In this document: in pieces, positions 1 to 9,549 of the stretch
Numbering within the stretch: position 1 is the first letter of the stretch
Layout: each line of letters starts with the position of its first letter
From: Candidatus Latescibacterota bacterium
GTDB taxonomy: Bacteria; Latescibacterota; UBA2968; GCA-2709665
Direction of reading: 5' to 3'
Length of the DNA stretch: 64,000 bases
NCBI GenBank assembly: GCA_965205485.1
Contig: OZ242180.1
Coordinates: forward strand, 3,392,001 to 3,456,000
Notes under the pieces: generated by a model
Told to the model about the DNA's origin: nothing
The model's input: only the letters and a program-made list of their open reading frames with translations
Databases searched by the model: none
Made by a program: the position numbers and the translations under genes

Positions 1-949
1 GATCGGCGAAGGCGCCGGGGAGATGCTGGACGATCTGCTGGATCTCGGGATGAAGGGGCTGGTGCACGTGTACTACGCCTCGCTGGCCCTGGGCAGAGGC
101 GAGCCCGGGCAACTCACGGAGGTGGTGCAGCAGGCGAAGGACCACCCGGCCATGCTGGGGTGGTGGAACGAGTACGCCAGCGACAACCAGTCTCCCCTGG
201 CGACCGAGACCTACGAGCTCATCCGGCAGCACGACACGGACCACCCGGTCATCTTCATGCTCACATGGGGTGGGAGACTCAGCGACGCTTACTTCGTTTA
301 CGGCTACCCAATTCTGAACCCGCTGCTGCCCGACGACTCGATCACCTCGATCTACGAGCTGGTCCTCGACGATGCCTTCGAGGCTGCGCGGGTGGAGGGC
401 AAGGGCAAGCATGTTTGGTTCATCTCCCAGGCCTTCGACTATCGTCTCGACAGCAAGCGCGGCGAGGTCGTAACCCTCGAAGGGGGTTTCCGGCCCAGTC
501 GCGAGGAGATTCGGTCCATGAACTACCTCGCCCTGACGAGGGGTGTCAAAGGGCTGCTGTTCTACGCGCCCGGGGGCGAGATTCCCGGCACGGAGTACAC
601 CGACGACGTGGCCATCTATCCGCGGCAATGGACCGAGGTGCTCAAGGTCGCCAGCGAGGTGCGACATCTGGCCCCCATACTGGCGGCGGGCACCCAGGTA
701 CAAGGCGTGCGGCTCGAGCAGGAGGGCGACGCCATTCACTTCATCGAGCGGCTGCACGACGGCGTCCACACCCTGATCGCCGTCAACGTGGAACCGGCCC
801 TGGTCCTGGGCACGTGGCGGTTCGACGGACCAGTTCAGCCCAGGGTGCTGTTCGAGGATCGCATGGCGCAGAGCGAGTCCCGTGAGTTCATCGATCTGTT
901 CCTGCCGCTGGAGGTCCACGTGTACCAGTGGGCGGACGCGGGAGACTGA
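1..949 (+). CDS. Hypothetical glycoside-hydrolase-like protein, 5'-truncated by the window edge
   Basis: Frame is open from the window start and GC-rich. Motifs 'MLGWWNE', 'WFISQAF' and 'YLALTRGVKGLLFY' resemble GH-like TIM barrels. Confidence 0.6.
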   Translation, partial: IGEGAGEMLDDLLDLGMKGLVHVYYASLALGRGEPGQLTEVVQQAKDHPAMLGWWNEYASDNQSPLATETYELIRQHDTDHPVIFMLTWGGRLSDAYFVYGYPILNPLLPDDSITSIYELVLDDAFEAARVEGKGKHVWFISQAFDYRLDSKRGEVVTLEGGFRPSREEIRSMNYLALTRGVKGLLFYAPGGEIPGTEYTDDVAIYPRQWTEVLKVASEVRHLAPILAAGTQVQGVRLEQEGDAIHFIERLHDGVHTLIAVNVEPALVLGTWRFDGPVQPRVLFEDRMAQSESREFIDLFLPLEVHVYQWADAGD

Positions 950-966
950 ACCAGGCAGAGATTTGA

Positions 967-1191
967 CCTTGATTCGTCACTTTTCCGGGACGTTTATTCG
1001 AATATACGCAAGTTGATAAAGGCGATTTAACGTCGGATTTCCAAGATACTTCAGGTCACTGGACGTGAACGGAAGAAATGTGCTTCCGGACGACCTTTTC
1101 GGTCCGTTGAGGAAATAACTGCAGGGTCACCGCGTTACGACACACGCGGCTCTGCACGGATGCTTTTTGTGCCTTTCGTGCTTTTTGTGGC
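967..1191 (+). mobile_element. MITE family A, copy 1
   Basis: TTGA|CCTTGATTCG left end. Core AAGTTGATAAAGGCGATT and GGTCACTGGACGTGAAC are shared with the copies at 22440, 35202, 42228 and 57472. Right boundary is approximate. Confidence 0.75.
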
Positions 1192-1469
1192 CAGGACATG
1201 ATGGCGGCACCGCATTCATCAGCCTGATTAACGTATTGTGTGAGCACCAGAGAAAGGATGTTGGAAAGGCTATGTTGGCGTTCGTAGAAGGTGATCTGCG
1301 GCGCCGAGGCCACAGGATCCTGTTGAGTTCGTGCGTTGTAGATGAATACGAGCCGCAGACATGGCATAGACACATGGGTTTTTCCGAGTGCGGGTTTCTG
1401 GCAGGTTTCCCGTTTGAGGACGACCGGGGGGAGCTCTTCCTGTTCAAAGAGTTAGCCCCAATACGATAA
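1192..1469 (+). pseudogene. GNAT acetyltransferase, C-terminal fragment
   Basis: Motif A 'HQRKDVGKAML' and 'WHRHMGFSECG' are present. MITE A sequence occupies the place of the N-terminus. Confidence 0.65.
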
Positions 1470-1530
1470 AGACGGCAACCGGGCGTCGTGATAAAACCTC
1501 CCGAAACAGGGCGTAAACGTCGGAGGACAG

Positions 1531-2103
1531 ATGGGACCCGAAGGTATGGAGCTGCGACCGTTCAAGACCCTCTCCCGTCGCACTATCATAGAGAAGGGTC
1601 CGTACCTGACCGTTGAGAGTCATACAGTGGAATGGCCGGATGGGCAGGTCATCTCTGACTGGCCATGGATTGTTGGTCCCGACGCTGCGATTGTCCTCGC
1701 CACGACTTGCGATGGCAAGTTCCTCTGTTTTCGACAGACGAAGTATGCAGTGGAGGGAACATCCCTGGCTCCAGTAGGAGGAATGATCGAACCTGGTGAG
1801 GATCCTCTAGACGCCGCTAAGCGTGAACTACTGGAGGAGACCGGATTTCAATCGCCCGAATGGATTGATCTCGGCAGCTACAAGGTCGATCCCAATCGAG
1901 GCGTTGGTATTCGGTACCTATTTCTGGCCCGTGATGCTGTACCGGTAGCGGAACCTTCGAACGATGATATTGAGGACCAACAGCTATTGCATCTTGCTCG
2001 GGAGGAGCTAGAGGATGCGCTCAGGACCGGGGAGTTCAAAGTCCTGTCGTGGGCTGCGGCAGTTTCATTGGCGCTGCAGTTCTTAGTTCACACGGGTAAA
2101 TAA
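1531..2103 (+). CDS. NUDIX hydrolase (ADP-ribose pyrophosphatase-like)
   Basis: Nudix box 'GGMIEPGEDPLDAAKRELLEETG'; GGAGG RBS. Confidence 0.85.
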   Translation: MGPEGMELRPFKTLSRRTIIEKGPYLTVESHTVEWPDGQVISDWPWIVGPDAAIVLATTCDGKFLCFRQTKYAVEGTSLAPVGGMIEPGEDPLDAAKRELLEETGFQSPEWIDLGSYKVDPNRGVGIRYLFLARDAVPVAEPSNDDIEDQQLLHLAREELEDALRTGEFKVLSWAAAVSLALQFLVHTGK

Positions 2104-2179
2104 GACTGAAAAACAAGAACGGGAAGACCCTATATAAGGTGCCCCTTATGCCCCTGCACCTCCGAAAACCTGTGCAGAC

Positions 2180-2251
2180 GCATAACAGGTCCGCGTGCGC
2201 GCCGGTCGCGTTCGCTCCATCGGCCTCCGGCAACACGCCTGGGTGTCAGCA
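2180..2251 (+). other. attC-like recombination site (decayed)
   Basis: GCATAAC...imperfect inverted repeat (GCGTG...CCGG / CCGG...CACGC)...GTCAGCA; 72 bp. Confidence 0.55.
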
Positions 2252-2349
2252 ATGACAATGTCGTGCAACGAGTCCAGAATATTCACTCTAAATCCAAAGC
2301 CCGAGATAATTATCAACTATTCGATTGACCGAAAACGAGGGAGGCGAGA

Positions 2350-2472
2350 ATGTTCGGCATGGTTCTTTGGGAAATCCAGCTTGTCCTCCTCTTGGGCATG
2401 ATGGGTTTCTGGCTGTGGATGCTCATTGAATGTGCAGTTAAGGAACCGACCATCATGCAGAGAGAGAGGTGA
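2350..2472 (+). pseudogene. Truncated small membrane protein (PLDc_N-like)
   Basis: GAGGGAGG RBS, then MFGMVLWEIQLVLLLGMMGFWLWMLIECAVKEPT running into the leader of the next gene. The second helix expected for this family is missing. Confidence 0.55.
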
Positions 2473-2476
2473 CGCG

Positions 2477-3853
2477 ATGGTACCCTGGATCTTCGTGCAC
2501 AATCCCCTGGAGCGCTGGCTGGACGACTACCCGCGCATCTTCGACGCGTGGGAGGCGGGAGGGGTGGGCGGCATCGTGGTGGGACGGATGTGGCTCAGGA
2601 ACGAGGCCGGCATGCCGTTGTGGGGGGACACCCTCACCCCCTCGTTTGCGGCGGACCCAAAGGTGTACGCCGCGTTCGGCATCAAGCCGCCCCCGGAAAC
2701 GGCCCGCACCCCCGAGAGGGAGAAGCAGCTCCACGCGCTCCTCGACAACGCCGCCTCCCGGGGCTGGCACATCATGATCTTCGACTCCAGAGACGGGCTC
2801 CGGCTGCTCTACCAGCGGGGCCAGGGTACCACCAGCGGCCTAGCCGAGGAGGAGGACCCTTTTGGGGCCATCGAGGTGGCCGCCGGGGTGCACGACCTGG
2901 CCAGTGCCTATCCCCAGGCCCACGGCGTCATCCTGGACCAGCCCGGTGAGACCTTCTACGAACTTGCCTTCCATCGGGGTCAGGCCCTACTGGAATTGGA
3001 CGGTCGCATGCGGCACCGCCTGGAAGCCATCGGCGCCGATGTGGAGCGCGTCGCCCGCGGCATGGCGCACCTGAACGAGCGTTTCCACAACCTGACTCCG
3101 GATCTGGTGCGCTACCACGCGTCCGGCGGCATGCTGGGGGCACTGAACCTGTTCGACCTGAACGAGGATGCCCTGTACTGGCTGCGCGCCCGCCGCGAAG
3201 CGGCGCGGGGGTTCATGCGCGCCGTGCATACGCAGATGCAGAGATTGGGAGGGAAGGTGGAGCTGGGGGGCATTCCGCGCACCGCTGCTTTCTCGTCACT
3301 GACCGGGCACGAATTTGGCGAGATGGCGGAGTACTTCGACTACGTCTGCCCCAAGCACTACTTCTGGCACCGCGGGAATGACGGCCTCTACGGCACCATG
3401 GCCCGCTGGGTGCAGCAGGTCCTGGACTGGAACCCGACCCTGTTGGAGGCAGACGGCTTCGCCGTGGTCAAGGCCTTCCTGGGGCTGGAGCTTCCCGGGG
3501 TGCAGACCCTGGCGGACATGGAACTGGGGTTCCCCGAGGAGTTCTACTCGGAGCTGGTGTACAACGAGACGCGCCGAGCGCTGGAGGCCATCGGGGATGT
3601 GAACAAGGTGATCGCCTGGGTGTCGACGGGGCGCCGTCCGCACGGGGGCGAGCCCATGACCGCCCGCGACCTGCACGGCATCCTGACCGCCTCCGAGCGG
3701 GCCGGCCTGCAGCGCTTCCTGTTCCAGCCGGACCCTGATCTGAGCGCCCCCGAATGGAGCGTGATCTCCGACCTGTGCGGCAAGCGCTGGCACCCGAGCC
3801 GCGACGGGTACTGGCCCTCGGACTCCAGCAGGCCCGACGCGTTCAGCAGGTAG
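2477..3853 (+). CDS. Conserved hypothetical protein, paralog of 7117-8430 (possible TIM barrel)
   Basis: Long GC-rich ORF. Shares blocks with the paralog such as PKHYFWHRG.DG.YGT and IAWVSTGRRPHGG. Confidence 0.8.
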   Translation: MVPWIFVHNPLERWLDDYPRIFDAWEAGGVGGIVVGRMWLRNEAGMPLWGDTLTPSFAADPKVYAAFGIKPPPETARTPEREKQLHALLDNAASRGWHIMIFDSRDGLRLLYQRGQGTTSGLAEEEDPFGAIEVAAGVHDLASAYPQAHGVILDQPGETFYELAFHRGQALLELDGRMRHRLEAIGADVERVARGMAHLNERFHNLTPDLVRYHASGGMLGALNLFDLNEDALYWLRARREAARGFMRAVHTQMQRLGGKVELGGIPRTAAFSSLTGHEFGEMAEYFDYVCPKHYFWHRGNDGLYGTMARWVQQVLDWNPTLLEADGFAVVKAFLGLELPGVQTLADMELGFPEEFYSELVYNETRRALEAIGDVNKVIAWVSTGRRPHGGEPMTARDLHGILTASERAGLQRFLFQPDPDLSAPEWSVISDLCGKRWHPSRDGYWPSDSSRPDAFSR

Positions 3854-3945
3854 GCATGCGCCCGTTGCGGGAGTTATCTGCGGGTTCGTCGCTGCGGCGC
3901 CAGCTAAGTCGAGTCTCCATCAATAGAAAGTTTAGCGGCGTCACT

Positions 3946-4447
3946 TCAGTCGGCTGTTTTCCTGGCCGCGATCACGGCACACTTGCCAGGTTCGTTGTCT
4001 CGTATCAGATTGACCAATTTGAAACCCGCCTCCCTGAGCAAGACCGTGTTGGTGTCTGGGCTAAGTGTGATATCATAGTTCCATCGAGCACGATCAGCCT
4101 CGTCTGGCGACTTCGCGTCGAAAGCGATCAAGGCCTCGCTCTCCTTCTTTTGAGGTTGTTTGATCGCCCTCGATATAGGATCCATGTGGCTTCAAGGCAT
4201 TGAATATCTTAATCAATGACCTTGTTTTCCGGCGGCAGGTGATGTGTGGTGAGACTCGAATCGCGTAGTCGTATTCATCTTTTCCAAACGGAACATCAAG
4301 GTAGTTATTCACCCATTGCGCCGGAAGGCCCGATCCGCCGCGACCCCTTGGCAACGGACGCCACAGGCCCTGATCCCCGGCCGGCGTTTCCTTGCCGATT
4401 TGTTCCCATCGAGCTTCTACTTGACTCCTCCGATCTTCCTCGGACAT
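3946..4447 (-). pseudogene. Frameshifted and internally deleted class I SAM methyltransferase
   Basis: GGAGG RBS and ATG at 4447. Pieces 'NYLDVPFGKDEYDYAI', 'IFNALKPHGSYIEGD' and 'WNYDITLS...LLREAGF' are split across frames. SAM motif I is not visible. Confidence 0.6.
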
Positions 4448-4479
4448 CTGGCCTCCTTCAAAGTTGAATGGCGTAGTAC

Positions 4480-5322
4480 GTGAAGAAGCGGATTCAGAGT
4501 ACCCGGGAAATAGATGCACTTTTGAATTACGAGATGGAAAACCCTCCGGAAAAAACCGTCATCTTTGCACATGCGCGAAGCGGAAGTACGACGCTCTACC
4601 GCATTTTGCAACTGCATCCCCTGATGAACGTCGCGCTGGAACCGTTCTGGCACGGATATGCAAAGGAAAACCCGGGTGAGAGGAACTACGTAGACTTCAT
4701 TGAGGACGTTCCGTCGCTTGAGAAAGCCCTTGACGATCTCTTCGCGAAGTACAACGGGATAAAGATCCTCAGCTACCAACTTCCAGAAAAGCTGTACACT
4801 CATCTGTTGCTTTCTCCAGACGTCACCGTCATCTTCCTGCAAAGGGCGAATCTGCTGCGAGCCGAAGTCTCGGGATGCATAGCCGAACAAACGAAAGTCT
4901 GGCAGATTTCGGACTTGAATGAGGAAACCGGGCACATCTACCGGAATCTGAAGCCAGTTTCCCTGAAGAAAATCGAAAACGGTCTCGAATACGCGAAAGA
5001 ACTCAGGGGATACTACAACAGTGTGATTGAACGGCGCGCAACCGGTACTTACATGAAGGTCGACTACGAAAATCTCTACACGGGGGACCTCGGGGCGAAT
5101 CGTGCTGCCGCCAGGGAGATCTTCGATTTCCTGGGACTCGAGCTACCCAGGTGTGATGAGCTGGACAACCACCTCGATCCTCGGACTTCAAAGATAAATA
5201 CTCCTGAATCCTACGCGTTGTTGCCCAATGCCATCGAGATAAATGAACGATTCGGCAACGATGGCACCGGCTGGCTGTTTGGTGACGACGATGTTGGAGC
5301 GCTCGTGGAGACCAGAGTTTGA
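4480..5322 (+). CDS. Sulfotransferase (Stf0-like)
   Basis: PAPS-binding loop 'HARSGSTTL'; 'VIFLQRANLL' and 'VDYENL'. Confidence 0.75.
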   Translation: MKKRIQSTREIDALLNYEMENPPEKTVIFAHARSGSTTLYRILQLHPLMNVALEPFWHGYAKENPGERNYVDFIEDVPSLEKALDDLFAKYNGIKILSYQLPEKLYTHLLLSPDVTVIFLQRANLLRAEVSGCIAEQTKVWQISDLNEETGHIYRNLKPVSLKKIENGLEYAKELRGYYNSVIERRATGTYMKVDYENLYTGDLGANRAAAREIFDFLGLELPRCDELDNHLDPRTSKINTPESYALLPNAIEINERFGNDGTGWLFGDDDVGALVETRV

Positions 5323-5368
5323 TACCGCGGTGGTGGAAACGAGTCCCCACCACCCTGGCAGACAAATC

Positions 5369-5451
5369 ATATACCACGTCGGGCTGCGCCTTTGGGCCTT
5401 GTGGCCTTTCGCGCAACCGCAGTGCGGTTCGGGGGCACCTCGACGTTACAA
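5369..5451 (+). other. attC-like site (decayed R'')
   Basis: ACGTCGGG..TGCGCC pairs with GGGGCACCTCGACGT; inner AACCGC-AGT-GCGGTT hairpin; ends in GTTACAA. Same family as 14364. Confidence 0.65.
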
Positions 5452-5488
5452 GAGAAAGCGGGAAGGGGTTTGTGCAGGGGAACGTCGT

Positions 5489-5803
5489 CTACGGGATCGC
5501 GAGCGGTTGGATATCCGCAAGCTCGCCTTGATGTCGCTGCTCTGTTTCCCAAAGATCTCGTTTGTGTTGGGCCTTCATCCAAAATTCTGGAGAGTTTCCA
5601 AATAAGCGGGCAAGTTTCAATGCCATGATGGGTGAGATGGCGCGCCGCTCCCGCAGAAGCTCATTTACCGTTTGACGGGATACATCCAATGCCTCCGCCG
5701 CGGCAGTCACTGTTAGCGCATAATCCGGCAAGAAATCCTCACGCAGCATCTCACCAGGATGAGTTGGCGGGATGGTGCGTTCTTGTGTATTCGTGATGGC
5801 CAT
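5489..5803 (-). CDS. higA: HigA family antitoxin (XRE HTH)
   Basis: 'PPTHPGEMLREDFL...AAEALDVSRQTVNELLRERRAISPIMALKLARLFGNSPEFWM'. Confidence 0.9.
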   Translation of the reverse strand: MAITNTQERTIPPTHPGEMLREDFLPDYALTVTAAAEALDVSRQTVNELLRERRAISPIMALKLARLFGNSPEFWMKAQHKRDLWETEQRHQGELADIQPLAIP

Positions 5804-5815
5804 GGAATGTTCCTT

Positions 5816-5839
5816 TCAATGATAGTCCGTGATTTCCTG
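5816..5839 (-). pseudogene. higB: higB toxin remnant (last codons only)
   Basis: Reads QEITDYH* and ends 12 bp before the higA start. HigB proteins typically end in EIxDYH. Confidence 0.65.
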
Positions 5840-5858
5840 AAAAATCTCCAGCGAATAT

Positions 5859-6578
5859 ATGAGCAACCCCAAATCAAGAGACGACAGGCCAACCTGGGCA
5901 GGTCGAGTTCCAAGAGAAAAGATAGCCCGACTTTATGCAACTGATGCACAGGGCATAGTAGACGAAGAGCTTATCGAAGACGTGGGGATTGGACTCTTCG
6001 CTCGTATCGAAAGCATTTTCAAAGCACGAGAGGCCAGTGCCGGACGAGCAAGATGCCCATTGTGTGATCGCCAGATAGACCACGACGGTATGAAGGATAC
6101 GATTCTGAGATGCGAATCGTGCAACTGGGAACTCACCTGGGGCGAGTATCATAAAGCCAGACAAGGTAAGCATCTTGCTGCCGCCGGTCTCACGGTCTTT
6201 CTCCAGGAGTTCCTCCGGAAATACCAGACTGCGAGAACTCCAAAAGAGAAGATGGTTCTCATAGACACCTTGATTCACAGGTATCATTGGGAACTTGAGG
6301 GAGGACTGACTCGGCCTGGAGCAACAGATTTAATTGGAGGAAGGCAGCATGAAATTATAGATTTTCTCAACGACCTTTCATATGGCGAAAAGAGCAGCCC
6401 GGAAATCCTGGCCAACAGAGCGGCATGGATCCAGAAGGTCGAAAAAAGCCAACAGCATCGCAAAACAAAAAGAGAGGAACGGCAGAAAAAAAAGGAAGAG
6501 CGGGAGAGAAAGAGGAACTTGAAGAGAAAAGTCAGACAACAGATGTTGGCGCAGAGAGACAGATCGAGTGAGTCATGA
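5859..6578 (+). CDS. Hypothetical protein with Zn-ribbon and basic coiled tail
   Basis: CPLC...CESC motif; K/R/E-rich C-terminus. Confidence 0.7.
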   Translation: MSNPKSRDDRPTWAGRVPREKIARLYATDAQGIVDEELIEDVGIGLFARIESIFKAREASAGRARCPLCDRQIDHDGMKDTILRCESCNWELTWGEYHKARQGKHLAAAGLTVFLQEFLRKYQTARTPKEKMVLIDTLIHRYHWELEGGLTRPGATDLIGGRQHEIIDFLNDLSYGEKSSPEILANRAAWIQKVEKSQQHRKTKREERQKKKEERERKRNLKRKVRQQMLAQRDRSSES

Positions 6579-6608
6579 TTTTCCATTTGGAAGGAATGTA
6601 CTGAAGAG

Positions 6609-7028
6609 GTGAGTGGCGTGAAAATCAGAGGATTCGCTTTCGTCGGCCACCCGGTAACGAGTCTCAAGCGTGCGCGTGAATTCTACGAGTCGGTTCTGCG
6701 CCTGCCTGAACCCGAAGTCATCGACCCTCCGCGCGGCCCCGATGGGGATGACGGATTCATTGAGTACGCCGTCGGCCCCCACGATACGCTCGCAGTCACC
6801 ACAACCTGGTTTCGTGGGGAACCGCCGGCCGTACTCAGCGCGGGACTCACGTTGGAAGTGGAGGATTTCGATGAGGCCGTCGCGCACATTGAAAGGTGTG
6901 GCGTATCGTTTGAACTGGGACCCTTCGTAGGCGCCCGCTGCAGCATAGCCGTCATCAAGGACCCGGACGGGAATCAGATCGGTATCCATAAGCTACGAGA
7001 GAAGTCTGATGTGTCTAAGCCGAGTTGA
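6609..7028 (+). CDS. VOC/glyoxalase family protein
   Basis: 'VTSLKRAREFYESVL' and 'IKDPDGNQIGIH'. Confidence 0.8.
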   Translation: MSGVKIRGFAFVGHPVTSLKRAREFYESVLRLPEPEVIDPPRGPDGDDGFIEYAVGPHDTLAVTTTWFRGEPPAVLSAGLTLEVEDFDEAVAHIERCGVSFELGPFVGARCSIAVIKDPDGNQIGIHKLREKSDVSKPS

Positions 7029-7056
7029 TCAGTCCGAATGAGTTAGTGGCGGTTCG

Positions 7057-7099
7057 CCGCAAGGGTTGGCCGAAGCCCGGATGGGCTCTTTCAACGGGC
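7057..7099 (-). mobile_element. MITE family B, left-end fragment
   Basis: Reverse complement GCCCGTTGAAAGAGCCCATCCGGGCTTCGGCCAACCCTTGCGG matches 42036-42078. Confidence 0.7.
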
Positions 7100-7116
7100 C
7101 CCAAAGGAGGCAGAAA

Positions 7117-8430
7117 ATGAAACTCTGGGTATTCACCTGCAGTGACAGCCCGTTCGAACACTGGCTCGACGGGTTCGAGGAGCGGTTCGATGCCTGGGAG
7201 GACGGCGGCGTGCGCGGTCTGGCCGTCGGCCGCATGACATTCCTCCAGGACGACGGCACCACCATTCCGGCGTGGGCTCCCGACCCGAAGGTGTACGGGG
7301 CCCTGGGGGCGGAAGTCCCGGAGCAGCGTCCGCGCGACCTCACAAAAGAGAAGAAGCTGCACGCCATGCTGGACAACGCCGCGAAGCGGGGCTGGCGACT
7401 GCTGATTTTCGCCGGAGGCGGCCCGACCGCCCACGTGCAGGACCAGATGAACGCCTTTCCACAGGTGCACGGCGTCATTGTCGACGGTCCGGGCGAAAAC
7501 CACTACGAGCTGGCCTTCCACCACGGGGGCGAGCTCCTGGAGGTCCGTCCGGGTGAGGAGGCCCGTTTCGCCCAGGTCGGCGCCGACATTGATCGAATAC
7601 AACGCGGCATCACCCACTTTCGGGAGCGGTTGCACAATCTGACACCGGAAATGGTGAGGTACCACGCCGACGGAGGAATGCTGGGGGCGATGCTCCTGTT
7701 CGACGTCAATGAGGACGTGCTCTACTGGCTGCGCAAGCGCCAGGAGCGCTCTCGCTTTGACTGGCAGTACATGCGGCAACAGGTCGACGCCGTCGATCGC
7801 ATGGTGGAGCTGGGCGGAATCCCGAGGGCCGCGGCGTGGTCATCGCTCACCGGACAGAACTACTGTCAGATGGCGGAGTATTTCGACTATATCTTTCCGA
7901 AACACTACTTCTGGCACCGCGGCATGGACGGCATGTACGGGACCATATCCCGCTGGGTAAAACGGTTGCGAAAGTGGAATCCGTCCCTGAGCGAGGCGGA
8001 GTGTTTCGCGGTCGTGAAGGCGCTGTTGGGCATCGATCTGCCCGGCGTCAACTCGCTTATGGACATGGAGATGGGTTTCCCCGACGAATTCTTCTCCAGG
8101 GTGGTCTACAACGAGACCCGGCGGGCCCTGGCGGCCATAGGCGATCCGGACAAGGTGATCGCCTGGGTGTCCACCGGGCGCCGCCCCCACGGCGGCGACC
8201 CGATGCAGGCGCGCGATCTCTACGGCATCCTGAATGCTTCACGGGAGGCGGGGTTGAAGCGATTCCTGTACCATCCCGAGCCGGATTTCGGGGCGGCGGA
8301 ATGGACCATCATCTCGTCGATGTGCGGAAACCAATGGGATGAAGACGCCGGCGGGTACTGGCCGACGGAGACCGACAAGCCGGGCTTCTGGGACGGCAGT
8401 CGCGAGGTACCCGAAGAGGGGCGAATTTGA
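7117..8430 (+). CDS. Conserved hypothetical protein, paralog of 2477-3853
   Basis: AAGGAGG RBS; extensive motif identity to 2477-3853. Confidence 0.8.
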   Translation: MKLWVFTCSDSPFEHWLDGFEERFDAWEDGGVRGLAVGRMTFLQDDGTTIPAWAPDPKVYGALGAEVPEQRPRDLTKEKKLHAMLDNAAKRGWRLLIFAGGGPTAHVQDQMNAFPQVHGVIVDGPGENHYELAFHHGGELLEVRPGEEARFAQVGADIDRIQRGITHFRERLHNLTPEMVRYHADGGMLGAMLLFDVNEDVLYWLRKRQERSRFDWQYMRQQVDAVDRMVELGGIPRAAAWSSLTGQNYCQMAEYFDYIFPKHYFWHRGMDGMYGTISRWVKRLRKWNPSLSEAECFAVVKALLGIDLPGVNSLMDMEMGFPDEFFSRVVYNETRRALAAIGDPDKVIAWVSTGRRPHGGDPMQARDLYGILNASREAGLKRFLYHPEPDFGAAEWTIISSMCGNQWDEDAGGYWPTETDKPGFWDGSREVPEEGRI

Positions 8431-8576
8431 GCGAGATTTCTTTCTTGATGGATCAGCTCTACAGCGAATGAGCCAAACGGGGTTTTTCGACCGAATTCTT
8501 CCGCACAATCGAGAGTTGGCGGCGAAAAGACCAACATGAGCGCATTATACGTGAAAGGCTGTCCGGTGACTGTCAA

Positions 8577-9452
8577 ATGAAGCTACACATTCTCGGTAAC
8601 GGTGGTCCGCGTCCCAGCCGCATGGGTGAACGCTACGGGTGTTCCTGCATTCTCGAGATCGGTGACGATCGTATCATGGTTGATTGCGGCCCCGGCACAA
8701 CCTACAAGATGGCACGCATGGGAATGAGCCCTTCACAGGTGAATTCGGTTTTCCTGACTCACCATCATTCGGATCACATCGTTGATTTCCCGTGCTTTGC
8801 CCTGCTGCGGTTCGATCTCGACCCCGGCGATCTTCCTCCACTCAAAGTCTTTGGTCCGCCTCCGACAGTCGAATTCGTGGATCGCCTCTTTGGCAAGGAC
8901 GGCGCCTTCCTTCCTGATATCGTTGCGCGTCGGGAACACCACATCAGCCACCACGGGCACGTGGGGAGAGGCGGAACGCTTCCCCGCCCGGGCATGAAGG
9001 TCGATGTATCCGACATCAGTTCAGGAGCCGTTGTCGAGGGGAAGCGTTGGAAGACGACGGCTGTACAGGTTCCTCATGTCGAGCCCTACCTGACCGAGCT
9101 GGCGTACCGGATCGATACCGATAGTGGCAGCGTGCTCTTCCTGTGCGATGGCGCGGACTGTCCCGAACTGAGGCCATTGGCCAGGGGGGTCGATACATTC
9201 GTTACTGGGCTCTCTATGCGCAATTTCAAAGAGAGTGACGAAGATGCTTCGCATCCGATCCGGGGCGTCAGCGCGGACATCTCAGAGGTCGTTGACATCG
9301 CTAATGAAGCCGGCATATCGAGGGTTGTGGTCATCCACTGCGGTTCTCCGCACAGTGAGGAGGTCGTCGGCAGGCTGCGTCGAGGCTACCGAGGAAATGG
9401 ATATAGCGGTTGTATCGTGTGTCCTGACGAGCTTACGACGGTTGAGATATAG
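8577..9452 (+). CDS. MBL-fold metallo-hydrolase (RNase Z-like)
   Basis: 'VDCGPG' and 'LTHHHSDH'. Confidence 0.85.
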   Translation: MKLHILGNGGPRPSRMGERYGCSCILEIGDDRIMVDCGPGTTYKMARMGMSPSQVNSVFLTHHHSDHIVDFPCFALLRFDLDPGDLPPLKVFGPPPTVEFVDRLFGKDGAFLPDIVARREHHISHHGHVGRGGTLPRPGMKVDVSDISSGAVVEGKRWKTTAVQVPHVEPYLTELAYRIDTDSGSVLFLCDGADCPELRPLARGVDTFVTGLSMRNFKESDEDASHPIRGVSADISEVVDIANEAGISRVVVIHCGSPHSEEVVGRLRRGYRGNGYSGCIVCPDELTTVEI

Positions 9453-9549
9453 GTTGTGTAAGAGCAGAGGATCGGCCTGAACCCGGCACGGACGGTTGAT
9501 CTTCGACATTCTACCGTTCACCGCCACAGCCAGATTCTTGAGATGTGAA

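Noticed and set aside
8431..8539. Possible C-terminal remnant of another gene (also 59760-59908)
   Set aside because: Short open frames ending in stops with no recognisable family motif.
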